Source of the DNA: Podarcis tiliguerta
Taxonomy: Eukaryota
Assembly (NCBI GenBank): GCA_965153285.1
Contig: OZ229118.1
Strand: one strand, 5' to 3'
DNA length: 64,000 nt
The notes under the pieces are model-generated. The model saw only the letters and a list, made by a program, of their open reading frames with translations, ran no database searches and was not told the origin of the DNA. How positions within the stretch are numbered: the stretch's first letter is position 1; the number at the start of each line of letters is the position of its first letter. Below are positions 50,202 through 62,853 of this stretch, in pieces. A program made the translations under genes and the position numbers.

Positions 50202-51421
50202 GAAACTAAATATTACCCCGTAAATAAAAAAATCACTGAAGCCATAAATATGTTCCAATAAGGTCCAATAAGGTCCCACTAGGAAGTATCAGACCTTTGC
50301 AATAAATGAATGAATAAATAAACACAACCATGTTAGCAATGTTTTTTCTTTGCGGGCAATGGGTTGACAACATTAACCTGTAATCTCTTGTCTGAAAGGA
50401 CCACACTGTTGGAAGTGAAACAGCAGAGATCATTCACTGTGTGACTTAACTGTTACTGGTAATTCTGTTAGTATTAAAGTTAACTAGCCAAGAGGGGGTG
50501 GATGGAGATGTTGCTTAGCAGAGCAACATGATCTTCACGGAGGTAGCTGTGATTGGCTGTATAGTTCTGAGGGTGTATTCCCCTGTATAGTCGGTTGAAA
50601 GTCTTCCTGCTATGTACAAAGCCTGGACTGAGAGAAACAAAGCATAGCTGTTTCTTTCTCCTAAAATTATTCACTGTTTCTGTTCAGTTTTGCTCAATCA
50701 AGTGTTACCAGCACTTTTCTTTCCAGGCTCCTTCTGTGTTATTGAAGGGACTTTGCTAACACTCATATTAACATATGAAGTTGGGTTGGACTCCAGCTTG
50801 TCATGGCTTTCCAAGGTCCAGGGAGAGCTGCTTCTTAGTCCTGTTACATGAGATCTTAGCTGGAGATAGTATTGAACCTGAGACCTTTTGTATGCTAAGC
50901 ATGAGGTTTTCCACTGGTTAACGGCCTCTCTCTGGCCTTCGAAAACTGTTGACCATCAAAGTACAGACTAATGGGCAAGGTAGTATCTGGAAAAGTCTTC
51001 CCCAGCTGTTCTTCTCTGATAGGCCCTGTGATGTAGGAGTAAGAGCTCAAGTGTTTATTTATTACCTTTTAGAGCTATTTAGGCAAGGCAGAGGTAAGGC
51101 AGCTCAATGAGATTAACTAGTTAAATGTTTGCAGATACATAGAGCTATACAAATGTTACATATTATTAACTGTACTTGGCATAAAGAACTTGCCCCTGGC
51201 AGCCAGCAGTACTGCTCGCTCCCGTTGCAGCTGAAGGTGTGTGAGTGTTTCTTAATTGGAAGAGGGAAAGGTCATGAAGTTGAGAGCTCCATTTGCCAGT
51301 ATCTTTTTAGCAGTAGCACTGAAAGGGCTCAAAAGGAGAAGAGGAGTTTGCAGGCGAAGCAATCTTTTGGCAATCTTTTGTTCCACTTTGATCAAGGGGG
51401 TTCTCAGAATGCTTTGCATTC

Positions 51422-52013
51422 TGTGTGGTGTAGTGGTTAAGAGCGGTAGTCTCGTAATCTGGGGAACCGGGTTTGCGTCTCCGCTCCTCCACATGCAGCT
51501 GCTGGGTGACCTTGGGCTAGTCACACTTCTCTGAAGTCTCTCAGCCTCACTGACCTCACAGAGTGTTTGTTGTGGGGGAGGAAGGGAAAGGAGAATGTTA
51601 GCCGCTTTGAGAATCCTTAAAGGGAGTGACGGGGTGGCGCTGTGGGTAAAACCTCAGTGCCTAGGACTTGCCGATCGTATGGTCGGCGGTTCGAATCCCT
51701 GCGGCGGAGTGAGCTCCCGTCGTTCGGTCCCAGCTCCTGCCCACCTAGCAGTTCGAAAGCACTCTTAAGTGCAAGTAGATAAATAGGGACCGCTTTATAG
51801 CAGGAAGGTAAACGGCATTTCCGTGTGCTGCGCTGGTGCTGGCTCGCCAGCTGCAGCTTCATCACACTGGCCACGTGACCCGGAAGTGTCTTCGGACGGC
51901 GCCGGCTCACGGCCTCTAGAGCGAGATGAGCACGCAACCCTAGAGTCGGACACGACTGGCCCATACGGGCAGGGGTACCTTTACCTAAAGGGAGTGAAAG
52001 GCGGGATATCAAA
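51422..52013 (+). mobile_element. tRNA-derived SINE (Squam3-like, L2-type tail), host of a nested Sauria SINE
   Basis: tgtggtgtagtggttaagagc A box, tgggtgaccttgggctagtcac core, tail agccgctttgagaatcct...gaaaggcgggatatcaaa split by the insertion. Confidence 0.8.
51630..51985 (+). mobile_element. Sauria SINE (young, CpG-rich subfamily) nested in a SINE
   Basis: Full head-to-tail Sauria SINE; perfect 12-bp TSD taaagggagtga (51618-51629 / 51986-51997). Confidence 0.93.
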
Positions 52014-52746
52014 TTTTAGACGCCCATCACACATAGAATCATACCTGCTGACTCTTACTCTAGGGCTACTAAACCCCATGTTTATGTCCAGCCTAGCTTC
52101 ATGCAATGAAACTTTATGTCAGACAAAAAAAGTTATTATCCAAAATGTATGATTATCCAAGCAGTTTGGATGTTCCCCCTGGACTTCTGGAGAAATGGCA
52201 TTATTCTGTAATGGTTAATTGCTAGACAGGTTCGTACCATCTAGTAAGTGCACAAGCACTGTTGTCCAGCTGCCAATGAAACTGTCAGCCAGTTCATGCA
52301 GTGCATTTTTAGTCCACGTGAGCTGTCCGGACTGTCCCCAGATTCACACTCACAGGGATCAGCACGATGGCTGGGATCCAGTTAACTGCCTTAGGCACAC
52401 CCAAAGATTTAGCAGGCTGAGTGGAATTATTACCTTTTAATTGTGCAGCAGACCCTCCTCCATATGACGTATCAACGCTGTCCTTGAAACACCCTCCATT
52501 TTCAAATGAGCTTGCCACAGAACATTGTGGCTGCTGTTGAAGAATCAGAAGTCCATGCAACAATTGCATTGTTCATTGGATTCTGGATAATAGGTGCGAC
52601 AAGTGATCATGGACAGAGTCACAGGTAGAAGTGGAAGCTGTTTTGGACCACTCATTTTTCAAATCCTAAATTCAGCCCTCTACATTTCTGCAGCAATTAG
52701 CAATTTGGTTTTTTAAAAAAAATCCTATGAATATTCATCAGCAGTA

Positions 52747-52987
52747 CAATGGTACCTTGGTTTACAACCATAATCCATTCCGGAGTTCCGTTCATAAACC
52801 AAAACAGGTTGTAACCCAAGGTGCGCTTTCGCCAATGGGGCATCCCCCCAAAAATTGTTTGTAATCCCAAAAAAATGAGTTGTAATCCAAAAAAAGTTTG
52901 CAAGCCAGGACACGCACTTCCGGGTTTGACGTGTTTGTAATCCAAAACGTATGCAAACCAGACTGTTTGCAAACCAAGGTACCACTG
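52747..52987. mobile_element. Tc1/mariner MITE
   Basis: TIRs caatggtaccttggttt / aaaccaaggtaccactg; TA TSD; internal ttgtaatccaaaa subrepeats. Confidence 0.85.
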
Positions 52988-53758
52988 TACTTGGTACAGG
53001 CCTTCATCTATGTTTGCTCTGTATAGACATTACATTTTAACCAGAGATAATTGGGGTTGTGCAACCCTTTATGTTAACTGCCTTCCAGTATAGAGTAGCT
53101 AGAGGACTGGGAATGATGCCAATTAATCTGAATACAGGAAGCAAATAGATTATTGAACATGTGGAGGCAGCTAATTAGAAGGGGTAAACACCCTATGAGT
53201 TTGCAGTATAGTAGGGCGGCATAGAAATTAATTAATGATTGGCCAGTGGAAAGTGGTAATCCTTTTTCCTCAGAACTTACTTCAGTCTAATTTGTGCATG
53301 CTGGCAAGAATAAGCATATGTGGCAAAGCAATCTCGTGCTCTCTGGTATGCTTGTGTGACATGCTAAACCGTGAATGTGTGAGCTTCCAGAGAGCAGATA
53401 ATGACCACTTTGCTTTGCTCCTGTTCTGGTCTTGCTTATTGCCTCTCTCAACCAGACTCTGATTTAGAGTGTTGTCCAAACCTGGGTTTGCTGTTTGCTC
53501 TCTTCAAATTAACCATGAGCTTGTAACCAAGGTCTGTCCTATTGTTTTCACTCACGGTTTGTACAGAAGAGCTAAACCGTGACTTCTGGGTTCAGATAAC
53601 ATGCTAAGCCAATCTGTTGCTTAGTTCAACACAGGCACAGCAGCAAAATGACTCAGCAAAATGACTGAGGAGTAGCATGATCTCTTATGTTTATGCTAAG
53701 CCATGATACACGTGTTGTGATATGAAATACCATTTCAGAGCTACATATCAGTCCTCAC

Positions 53759-53760
<2 letters not shown>

Positions 53761-53800
<40 letters not shown>
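53761..53800. repeat. (AT)20 microsatellite
   Basis: Directly visible. Confidence 0.97.
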
Positions 53801-53802
<2 letters not shown>

Positions 53803-53853
53803 TACTGACTGTAAAATAATAACTGAACACACCTCAGCTGTCCACCTTTGTTA

Positions 53854-54214
53854 AAGGTAAAGGACCCCTGACAGTTAGGTCCAGTCGCAGATGACTCTGC
53901 GGTTGCGGCGGTCATTTCGCTTTACAGGCTGAGGGAGCCGGTGTTTGTCCGCAGACAGTTTTTCTGGGTCATGTGGCCAGCATGACAAAGCCGCTTCTGG
54001 AAACCTGAGCAGCGCACGGAAACACCATTTACCTTCCCGCCGGAGCGGTACCTATTTATCTACTTGCACTTTGACATGCTTTCGAACTGCTAGGTTGGCA
54101 GGAGCAGCAACCGAGCAACAGGAGCTCACCCCGTTGCAGGGATTCGAACTGCTGACCTTCTGATCAGCAAGCCCAAGAGGCTCAGTGGTTTAGACCACAG
54201 CGTCACCCACGTCC
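53854..54214 (-). mobile_element. Sauria SINE, full length
   Basis: Perfect 13-bp TSD tccacctttgtta (53841-53853 / 54215-54227); complete head, core and tail. Confidence 0.93.
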
Positions 54215-55156
54215 TCCACCTTTGTTAGGAACCCCTTAAAAACACTTTTCCTGAAATGTATTTGGGAACTGAAGGAAATAAACAGGAAACTGAGAGAAAC
54301 AAACAAATGGAAGTCATGGAGCAAATGGAAGATGGAGGAGTAGCTTTTAAAAGAGATGCAAGATGACTATCGGGAAGAGGAGCAGCTGGCACTGAGCAAC
54401 TTGGATTTTAGCGGTTGATCCACCATCTTGGTTGCACTTCTGACTGGTAAAAACAGCTCCGTGCTGTTTTGCCAAAAAAGAAGCAGCAAGATTATAATCT
54501 TCTCATTTTGAAAGCCCAGGTGTAGCAAATAAGCAACATGTTTGCAAGCACTGATGTTACGGTGGCTGTTAAAACAATTTATTGCCTTTCAACATCTTGC
54601 CCGTACTTTTTAATTAGCGTTACCCCTCTATCATTTGTGTGTACGTATGTTTTTTCCCCTTAAAGTCAGTTATGTGAGGGCCCTGATTGCCCAACGGTGT
54701 AATAATAAAATGTGTAGTAAGTCAGGGTGAGTGTTCTTTCAAGCAAAAGTGGCTCTTACTTGTTTGTTTTTGTCCCATTCATTTTTAACTTTCTGAGTTG
54801 GTTATATAACTGTTCCCTTTGGCTTGCTGTCAAGGTTTCAGGTTAACGATAGCTGTGCTGCGCTTGGCTGGGGAGTCGACTCACACAGCTGGTCCACGTG
54901 TCCGCGTTGTATCCCCAGCTCCTAAATACTCTGTTGAGTGGCAGGAGGGGCGTACCTCAAGAGGTGCATGTTTGCCCTATGGCATGACGCAGAGGGGTGT
55001 TTTGTAGATGTGGCACAACGTAGGCAAAGTCAACTAGTTTTAAGGGCTGAGTTAGGCAAAACACCTGAGTATGAAACAGGCCATCGATAAACCTTTCTCC
55101 CCCGCACCCAGAAAGCAGTTTGGGAGAGGACATGGTGACGTGGAAAGGATGTACGA

Positions 55157-55326
55157 GGCTGCATGCACATCATACATTTAAAGCACATCTTCCTCCACCA
55201 AATAATCCTGGGAACTGTAGTTCCCCCACAGTGCTACATTTCCCAGCACCCTTAACAAACTACAGTCCCCAGGATTGTCTTTTGAGGGAAGGGAATGTTC
55301 TTTAAATGTATGGTACATATGCAGCC
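55157..55326. mobile_element. Palindromic MITE, PIF/Harbinger-like
   Basis: TIR ggctgcatgcacatcatacatttaaag / ctttaaatgtatggtacatatgcagcc followed by tta; related pieces near 6720-6860 and 31485-31630. Confidence 0.6.
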
Positions 55327-55399
55327 TTAATTCCTTCCCCCCAAATCATTGTTTTGCCCCAGTTTCTCCACCATGGGACTTGGCCCACATTTGTTTGTT

Positions 55400-55745
55400 G
55401 TGTTTATACCCTACTTTCTTTCCTCCAAGGTGCTCAAGGCATCATATGTGGTTATCCCTCTCCACATTTTATCCTCACCGTCAACCCTCTGAGGTAGGTT
55501 AGGCAGAGAGTGAGTGGACATGGAATCATAAAACTGTAGAGTTGGAAGGGACCCTGAGGATTATCTGGTCCAACCCCTTGCAATGCAGAAATATGCAGGT
55601 ATCCCATACAAGGTTTGAACTTGCAACCTTGGGATTTTCAGCACTAACCAACTGAGCTACCATGCTTGCATGTGATTGGTCCAAGGCCACCCCATGAGTT
55701 TCTTGGCTGAGTGGCGATTTGAACTCCTGGACACTCACCACACTG
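55400..55745 (-). mobile_element. tRNA-derived SINE (Squam3-like) interrupted by a tRNA-Ile SINE
   Basis: ttttatcctcac..caaccctctgaggtaggttaggc...ccaaggccaccc...gatttgaactc...caccacactg; insert at 55523-55661. Confidence 0.65.
55523..55661 (-). mobile_element. Short SINE with tRNA-Ile-derived head and CR1-type tail
   Basis: Minus strand gtagctcagttggttag..tgctgaaaatcccaaggttgcaagttcaaacc...ggtcccttccaactctacagttttatgattc. Confidence 0.75.
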
Positions 55746-55828
55746 TCTCTCTTTGTGGTCAAGAAACACTGGGGGAAGGGAAGGTTGGCCAAACCGTTTC
55801 CCTGACGGCCAATTTTCCCACTGCATAA

Positions 55829-56010
55829 GACCATACAAAGAGCTTGCTGGATCAGGTCAATGGCCCATGTAGTTCAACATCCTGTTCTCACAGTGGCCAA
55901 CCAGATGCCTGTAGGAGACAGGAAGCAGGACCTACGCTACAAGAGTGCTCTCCTCTCCTGTGGTCTTCAGAAACTAGCGTTCAGAAGCATGCTGCCTCCG
56001 AGCATGGCAA
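55829..56010 (-). mobile_element. CR1-type 3' fragment
   Basis: tgctggatcaggtcaatggcccatgtagttcaacatcctgttctcacagtggccaaccagatgcc. Confidence 0.7.
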
Positions 56011-57557
56011 CGTTCCCCAGCTGCTTCCTCCTCCTTGACGAGGGTTTGGCACATTCATTGGCTAAGTAAATGTCTGACAGAAATGAAAGTAGCTGAGAGA
56101 ACACCTTGTAGCTGAGAAGAGGCCATCAAGCCATTCACCAATGGCTGCAATCTAACGTGCAGTTTGGTCCTAAGTCTCATAGAACTTTACTGAATTTACC
56201 TCTAAGTGAGCAGCCATAGGGCTGTGTTGTACGTTGGAATGAATCGTCTGCAGTTCAGATTATTCTTGTTTTCAGGTTCTCGCATAACCCTTTCCTCCTG
56301 CCCCTCGCACAGCAACGCAACTGACATGTGGCAGCTTGTTTGCATGAAATGACTATCATAATACATGCAGTGGAGACAAGCTTATCACATGATAAGCTTG
56401 CCATTTGATAACAGCTCTTTCTCCTGGCAATGTGAAAAGGCTCTCAATGTTATTGCTTTTAGTACAGTACAGCCTTGTAGGTCTGGGGAAAGATGTGAAG
56501 CTTCTGTTTGGGACAGATGGACTCCAACTTAAACTTGCTTTGGCTTTATCATGGCCATCTACTGACAGGGTGGACTAAATTTAATCTCTAGTTTAAATCA
56601 GATTTCCCATTTTTCATTCATATGTTCCCTGAACAAGAGTACATGCTAATTAGTTGCGAAAACACTTACAACATATATTGGTCTGCAGTGCTTTTTACTT
56701 TCTAGAAGCAGAATCCAAAACATCTTCCTTCTTTGCTTTTATACTACAAAATTGTATCTGCATAGTTACCAGTCAGAAATTAATTGTTTGGCTCTCTTTA
56801 AACACATGAAAGGGAGCAAGATCCCTTATTTCAGGGAGGGGATCTGTGGCACCCCAAATGTTGTTGTCACTAAAAACTCCCATCATCCCAGACTATAGGT
56901 CATCCCTGCCTGCCTTGAAGACAAGGGCTCCATCTGAGGACAGTGTTGGGCTTCCTGGATTGCAGCCAGGAATGCCAATACCTTTTCAGAAGCAAGTGTT
57001 GCTAATTACTGGGCAGAGCCATGGTGCTCCGTGATATAGAAACTCCATGCTATTAGTCATATACAGTGGTGGATGGTGCTGATTGTGACTGGTAGGGCAG
57101 AATGCAGGGAGGCCAACAGTAGGTGGCGCAAGCACCAATGCTAGGCAGAGCCATGCCCTGGCTGGTTACAAATAAGAAGGCAGGCAGCTGGGGACTGGCT
57201 AAGGGCAGACTGTGGGTGGTGGGGCAGTGCCCCTTTTGTCCGAATGGACCAGCCTCCAGTATTGATCATTTCACACAATAATAAGTATGAATACATGGCT
57301 TCTGTGCTGTAGCTAAAAATGCTTGACCTCAGTGACTGGAAACGAAAAAAAACCACCCTCCTCCAATGGACCCTGTAGGCTGAAAAACGTTGGGATGTTG
57401 TGCATTTTGTTGAGAGGAAAGAAACTCCCTCACCATATCGGAACATGAACTGGGTGGCAAAAATCAGATAAATTATAAGAAGAATGGCTCAAGTGTAGAG
57501 AGCAATTTCCCACTGCCTCCAGGCCCCAGCATTACAGCAATGTTTATATATATAGAA

Positions 57558-57559
<2 letters not shown>

Positions 57560-57591
<32 letters not shown>

Positions 57592-57595
57592 ACAC
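57560..57595. repeat. (AC)n microsatellite (one interruption)
   Basis: Directly visible. Confidence 0.93.
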
Positions 57596-58144
57596 TGTTA
57601 TTATAGCTTTAAGGCAAGCAGAGGCTCACTATATTGTTTACTTCATCTTGCCTGCCGTCTGTTGCTGGATTGATTGTGTTTGCATTCATGTTTGTTGTCC
57701 TGCCCACCACTGGCATGAGAATGTGGCTCTCAGGGTGAAAATTTTTACCTTCCATGGCTTACAACAATACTCAGATAGATGGACCAATAGCCCGCAAGTC
57801 CCTCCGGGTGGCAGGATGGGAATAATGACCTGGGGAGAGTCAAAGGAGACTTGGGTGGAGTTGATAATAAACTTGGGAGTATTGAAGAACCTTTATGTAG
57901 AGAGTGGAAGAGCAGATGGTCCAATACAAATCCTCGCTGAAAATGTACAAAGCTTGTTTCTACATACACCCCATCTGGAAGTGGCCATAGTTTCTAATGA
58001 AATCTTTTTAAAGAGATGTGCGCAACACCACTGGCTGTAATAAATCCAGATTTCATTTTAAAACAAGCTACTTTGAAAAAATGCTTATTATAAGTGACCA
58101 TTTAAACAAAAATCCAAGCAGAACTTCCATCTCTTTGTTGCCCT

Positions 58145-58472
58145 TAGAATCATAGAATTGTTGTGCTGGAAGTGAGCATAGGAGCCAACTTTGAGGGGCC
58201 AGGGTCCCTTCAGAAACCCCAATAAAATATTTGAGGGGGCTGGGTCCCCCAAGCTGATGGGCATTGCCATTCAAATGGTGTGTGCGCACCCCATCATGTG
58301 ATCGATTATGTAGAACAGGGCTTACCTGCCCTCCCAATATTTTATTCAAGTTGGCACCCCGGAAGGGAGAATCGTCTATCTAGTCTCACCCCCTGCAATG
58401 CAGGAATATGCAACTATCCCATACGAGGATCAAATGGCATTATCAGCACTGCGCTCTAACCAACTGAGCTAT
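58145..58472 (-). mobile_element. tRNA-Ile-derived/CR1-tail SINE interrupted by a hAT MITE
   Basis: Minus-strand head tagctcagttggttagagcgcagtgctGATaatgcca; tagaatcatagaat tail. Confidence 0.75.
58177..58361. mobile_element. hAT-type MITE nested in a SINE
   Basis: TIR cataggagccaactt / aagttggcaccccg; 8-bp TSD gaagtgag / gaagggag. Confidence 0.7.
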
Positions 58473-61400
58473 GTAGGCTCATGTAAATGTTGATCCCTGC
58501 ATTCCTAGACCACAACATTTTCAAAGGCTGTTCCACTCCAGGATAAATGTTTGTGACATTGTGACTTTGACGGGGCTCCATGCAATGCATTATTTGCACT
58601 CAGCAATCTCTCTTATCTTTCTTATCTTTGCCATGCTTACAAAAGTCCGATGCCTTTGCATTATGTTTTGAAAGCTAATTTCACAACAAATTGATTAATC
58701 TCCCCCCCAAAAAAAATATCCCCCCCAGCTGACCCACATTATTTGAACATCATTATTTTGGTCTACCCTGGAACTACAGGCACAGCTTTATGCCACGCGA
58801 TATTGAGTGGCATCTAATAAAATGTGCTTGTCTCTACCCCTGGCACAGTTTCTCACTTCCTTTCTGATGCATGTGAGGCTCCAACAATTTGTTGATGCTT
58901 ATTCCCAGATATGATAAATGCTCAGCTTGAGCAATTTATATGGAATGTGAAGGGAATTCTCTGACCTTGAACAAGCAGAGTTTCTGAGGAGGTGCCAGGC
59001 AGCCAATCTCTGAGCATGTGACTGTGAACATGCTTAAATGAAACTGTTCCGCAAATATGAGTCTGATAAAAAAAATCTAGTTTGGCATGATTCAAATGGA
59101 TTCCACATCCCCTTATTATCTTAGTGCATGAGTGGAAACAGATTGCTAGTATCTGATCATAAGGCTTGAGCCCTGTGAAATCATCGTGTTTTGCATCTGC
59201 GTGGTGATTATTTAGAAGAAAACGGAATTCAAGCTTCCTCATTCACTTCAGTGGTATTGTACTCCCATAAAGTGAATGAGGCAGACGTTGGGGTGGTTCG
59301 GATGAAGCCCTTCACATAGTTAATGTTGGCCAACGCACTCCATCCCCAAAGATGCCGCTAATAACAATGCAAACTCCAATCTCACAAGGAGTGAGAGTGT
59401 GCAGTGACTCTATGTGTATACTGATGAATGTTCATACAGTGACTTCCTGCAAGAGGAATCCCATACTCTCCAACATTTTGTAAGAAAGAAACAGAGCAAC
59501 CATCTCCGTCGCTCGCCCCCTCCCTACTGCTGACCCCTTCCTTGCCTGCCCACTCACCCCCTTCTTTCCCCTCTCCTGCCTTCACAGCCTTCAGCCTCCT
59601 TCTCAGCAGCCTAGATCAGCTTTGGGAAGGTCGCCCTAGGCCCTGCCACACAGCCTAGAGTGGCCTCTGGGAAAACCAGGGCATCCCGAATCGGGTTCAG
59701 AAGCCAGGGTGGGTTCTGTAAATTCGGGATGACCTGATGAAATTGGCACATTTGAGGGCTGGGTCATGCCAAAGGGCACATTTTGGAACACCCCTTATCA
59801 TGCTCTATACACATACATAGATGAGCGCATAGCATATCCTGCAAGTGTCCCGGTCCCGTTTTTTCACGAGAGTACGTTGGCCATTTTGGGCACTGCTATC
59901 TCACGCAGTGCCCCAAAACACATTTTAGGGCACACGCGAGAGCATGGTCCCGAAAAAATAGCATCCTTTGGATTGCTTTTCTTATGGGCATATTTTTGGG
60001 GGCACAATCCATCAGAATGTTGAGTAAGCCCCATTGAAATGAATAGGAGCTGTGTGAAGAGCAGTGCTCCTTTGTTCCTGTAGTAGGCAATTAAGATGAG
60101 GTCCCTAGTAGGTTTTTGCCCTTTGGACCCCGCTTCCTCTTGCTTAGGGACAAGGCTGGGGGTATATTGGTGTCAAACCAACAGCTGAGGTTGCCAGGTA
60201 AGAGTTCACTCCTAGGGCCAGGTCCTTAGAAGAGAATGCAACAAAGCATAATGTTCATCGCAAGGATTTGTTTTCTCTTTTGCTTGTCATACAGTGCATT
60301 GAAACCCTGCTTAAAGGACTATCCCATTCACATGCATAGAGCTTGCTTAGCTTAACCTCTTGTCATCATCTAACACATGTAGCTTGAGGTATGAGGCTCT
60401 CCTAGGATTTGGGGTTACACCCACTTCTGGTGTGGTCCTTGAGTTCAGTTTTGGCAGCCACCCTCAGAATAAAACTCTTTCTTTTTCTTTAAAAAAATAA
60501 ATATAAAATCAAAAGGTATATCTGGCACAGTTTCAGGTCTAGACCCTGCTGCTTGAGGCTAGGGAGCGAGGGATGTTGTCAGGGAAGGGAGGAGCGGTGC
60601 TCTAGTACTATAAATACAGAGAGTAAATTAATTTTCACCCTGTTTTCCACTTGAAAAATAAAGCAGGAATAACACAGTGTATGTCTTGCCTCCAGCGGCA
60701 AATGCTGGGAGTGTAGAGTTAAAAAAAAAAAATGAAAATGAAAAAGTGATCAGTCTTCATTATGGAAAACTAAACAGGCATTTTCAAAGCAAACAAATCT
60801 TGCACTTCGTACCCCACCTAGCACTGCTTGACTCAATCATTTGCATGGCTTTATGAAAAGACAGGAACTGCCTGTGGCCTAGTCAAAACAACTGCTTCCT
60901 ATTTTAACTCTTCACATGCAATTTTTACAATTATTTTCATGTCAACTATTTCTCTGACAACTGCATTTCATGGTTAAAAGAAGCATTTGCTTGTTTTCTG
61001 TCCCGTATAAGCGCATGTACATATTTCCATGGAAAGGACTTAGATCTACCTGATAGTGTGTAATTGAATTTTACAGTTGGATAGGAAAATATGTTGCTGT
61101 TGTACAGGGGTGCTTAAACAATTACTCTAAAAGCCTTTCCGCACCATAAACGCATAATTTGAATTCCTTTTCAAATGACAAGGGTTCCTGATGTCTTCAC
61201 TGAAGAGAGCTAGCAAGTGTCATTGTTGAATCCCCTATGGTCTCTCCCCCTGCCTTTCTCCCAGCTTAATTGAGTCTAAGGCAAAGGAGAGGAACCAGTG
61301 GCTGCAAGAAGGCGCCAATTTTTGTTCCTACCTGTATTCATCGCGTCGCTGTTTCTATTTTGCTGCAGTTCGGCTTCTGACAAAAGTTATATTATTTGTC

Positions 61401-61984
61401 TTGCTGCCTGCTGTGGTTGAATTTTATGCAACTAATTACATAGGTATGTGACTGTTGATAAGGGATATTATTGTAAATGATTTCTTAAGGTCCTTTAGAA
61501 TATTTTTATTATTTGATCACTTGTACTTACATTTGGATCATTTTCTCATACTTTTGTGTGTGAAACATGTTGCTTGCTAATGCAATAAAAAGTAAAAAAG
61601 TAAAAACATTATGGAATAATGTGATTAATCACATTATTATTACATTATTCCACACCATTCATTTCAGTGCAAAGGAAGCACAATGCAAATAGCAAGGGAG
61701 AACTCATTCATTATGTATTGTTTGCAGAATGGAAAAAACAACAACAGCAAATACCGATCATATTCGCTGGATTTATTTTGTTCTGGAATTGGAATGAATA
61801 AGCAAACACCAGCAATTTCTGTTCCTGTTTCTGTTTCCACTGAAATCCCCCAGCATCCCTTTGGCTCTCTTTCTCCCCTTGACTCTTGGTCTTGTTGACT
61901 GAGGATGATGGGAGTTGGAGTCCCACAACAAACACCTGGAGGGCCCCAGAGGTTTCCCACCACTTAAGGGCCAAACTAGACATG

Positions 61985-62853
61985 AGGTTCGCAGTGTGAA
62001 TACAATTAGCACATATGTTATGGTGATTCATGCACTGGTAACCTCAAGACTTGATTACTGCAGTACGTCCCATGTAAAGCTACCCCTGAGCCTTGTCTGG
62101 AGGCTCCATCTGGTACAAAACACTGTCGCTAGACTGTTGATGGGGATGGACTATTACAAGCACCTAACTTATCTGCTCAAAACCTTGCACTGGCTGCTCA
62201 TGTTCAAGGTTCTTGTATTGGGTATATCGCTTGCCAATCACTGAGATCATTGGGGGAGTCACTGTGAGTGGCCCCACATGGCTTGGACACGTGGCTCACA
62301 TCCACAAGGAGCTGTCCATTCAGTACCATAGACGAATTTTATGGAACCCTCTTTCAGTTGAGGTTAGATAGGCTCTCTCCCTTTTGAACTTCAGGTGCCT
62401 GCTAAACACTTATTATTTGTTTCAGCAGGCATTTTCATTGAATTATGATTTTATTATTTTAACTCTTTTTTGTACCGTTGTATTGTTTTTTCTATGCACC
62501 CATAGAATCATAGAATCATAGTGTTGGAAGAGACCACAAGGGCCATCGAGTCCAACCCCCTGCCAAGCAGGAAACACCATCAGAGCACTCCTGACATATG
62601 GTTGTCAAGCCTCTGCTTAAAGACCTCCAAAGAAGGAGACTCCACCACACTCCTTGGCAGCAAATTCCACTGTCAAACAGCTCTTACTGTCAAGAAGTTC
62701 TTCCTAATGTTTAGCTGGAATCTTCTTTCTTGTAGTTTGGATCCATTGCTCCGTGTCCACTTCTCTGGAGCAGCAGAAAACAACCTTTCTCCCTCCTCTA
62801 TGTGACATCCTTTTATATATTTAGAGATGACTGTATTTAAGCAGCATATAAAT
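61985..62853 (+). mobile_element. L2 LINE 3' fragment (RT C-terminus + 3' UTR), interrupted near its end by CR1
   Basis: VIHALVTSRLDYC...LVQNTVARLL...LHWL motifs; the tail resumes after 62821 (...aagcagcatataaat). Confidence 0.8.
62501..62821 (-). mobile_element. CR1 LINE 3' end, young
   Basis: (catagaat)n tail followed by gttggaagagaccacaagggccatc.agtccaacccc...gaagttcttcctaatgtt. Confidence 0.88.

Noticed and set aside
58415-58472. Functional tRNA-Ile(GAT) gene
   Set aside because: Deletion in the variable/T-arm region and a SINE tail follows.
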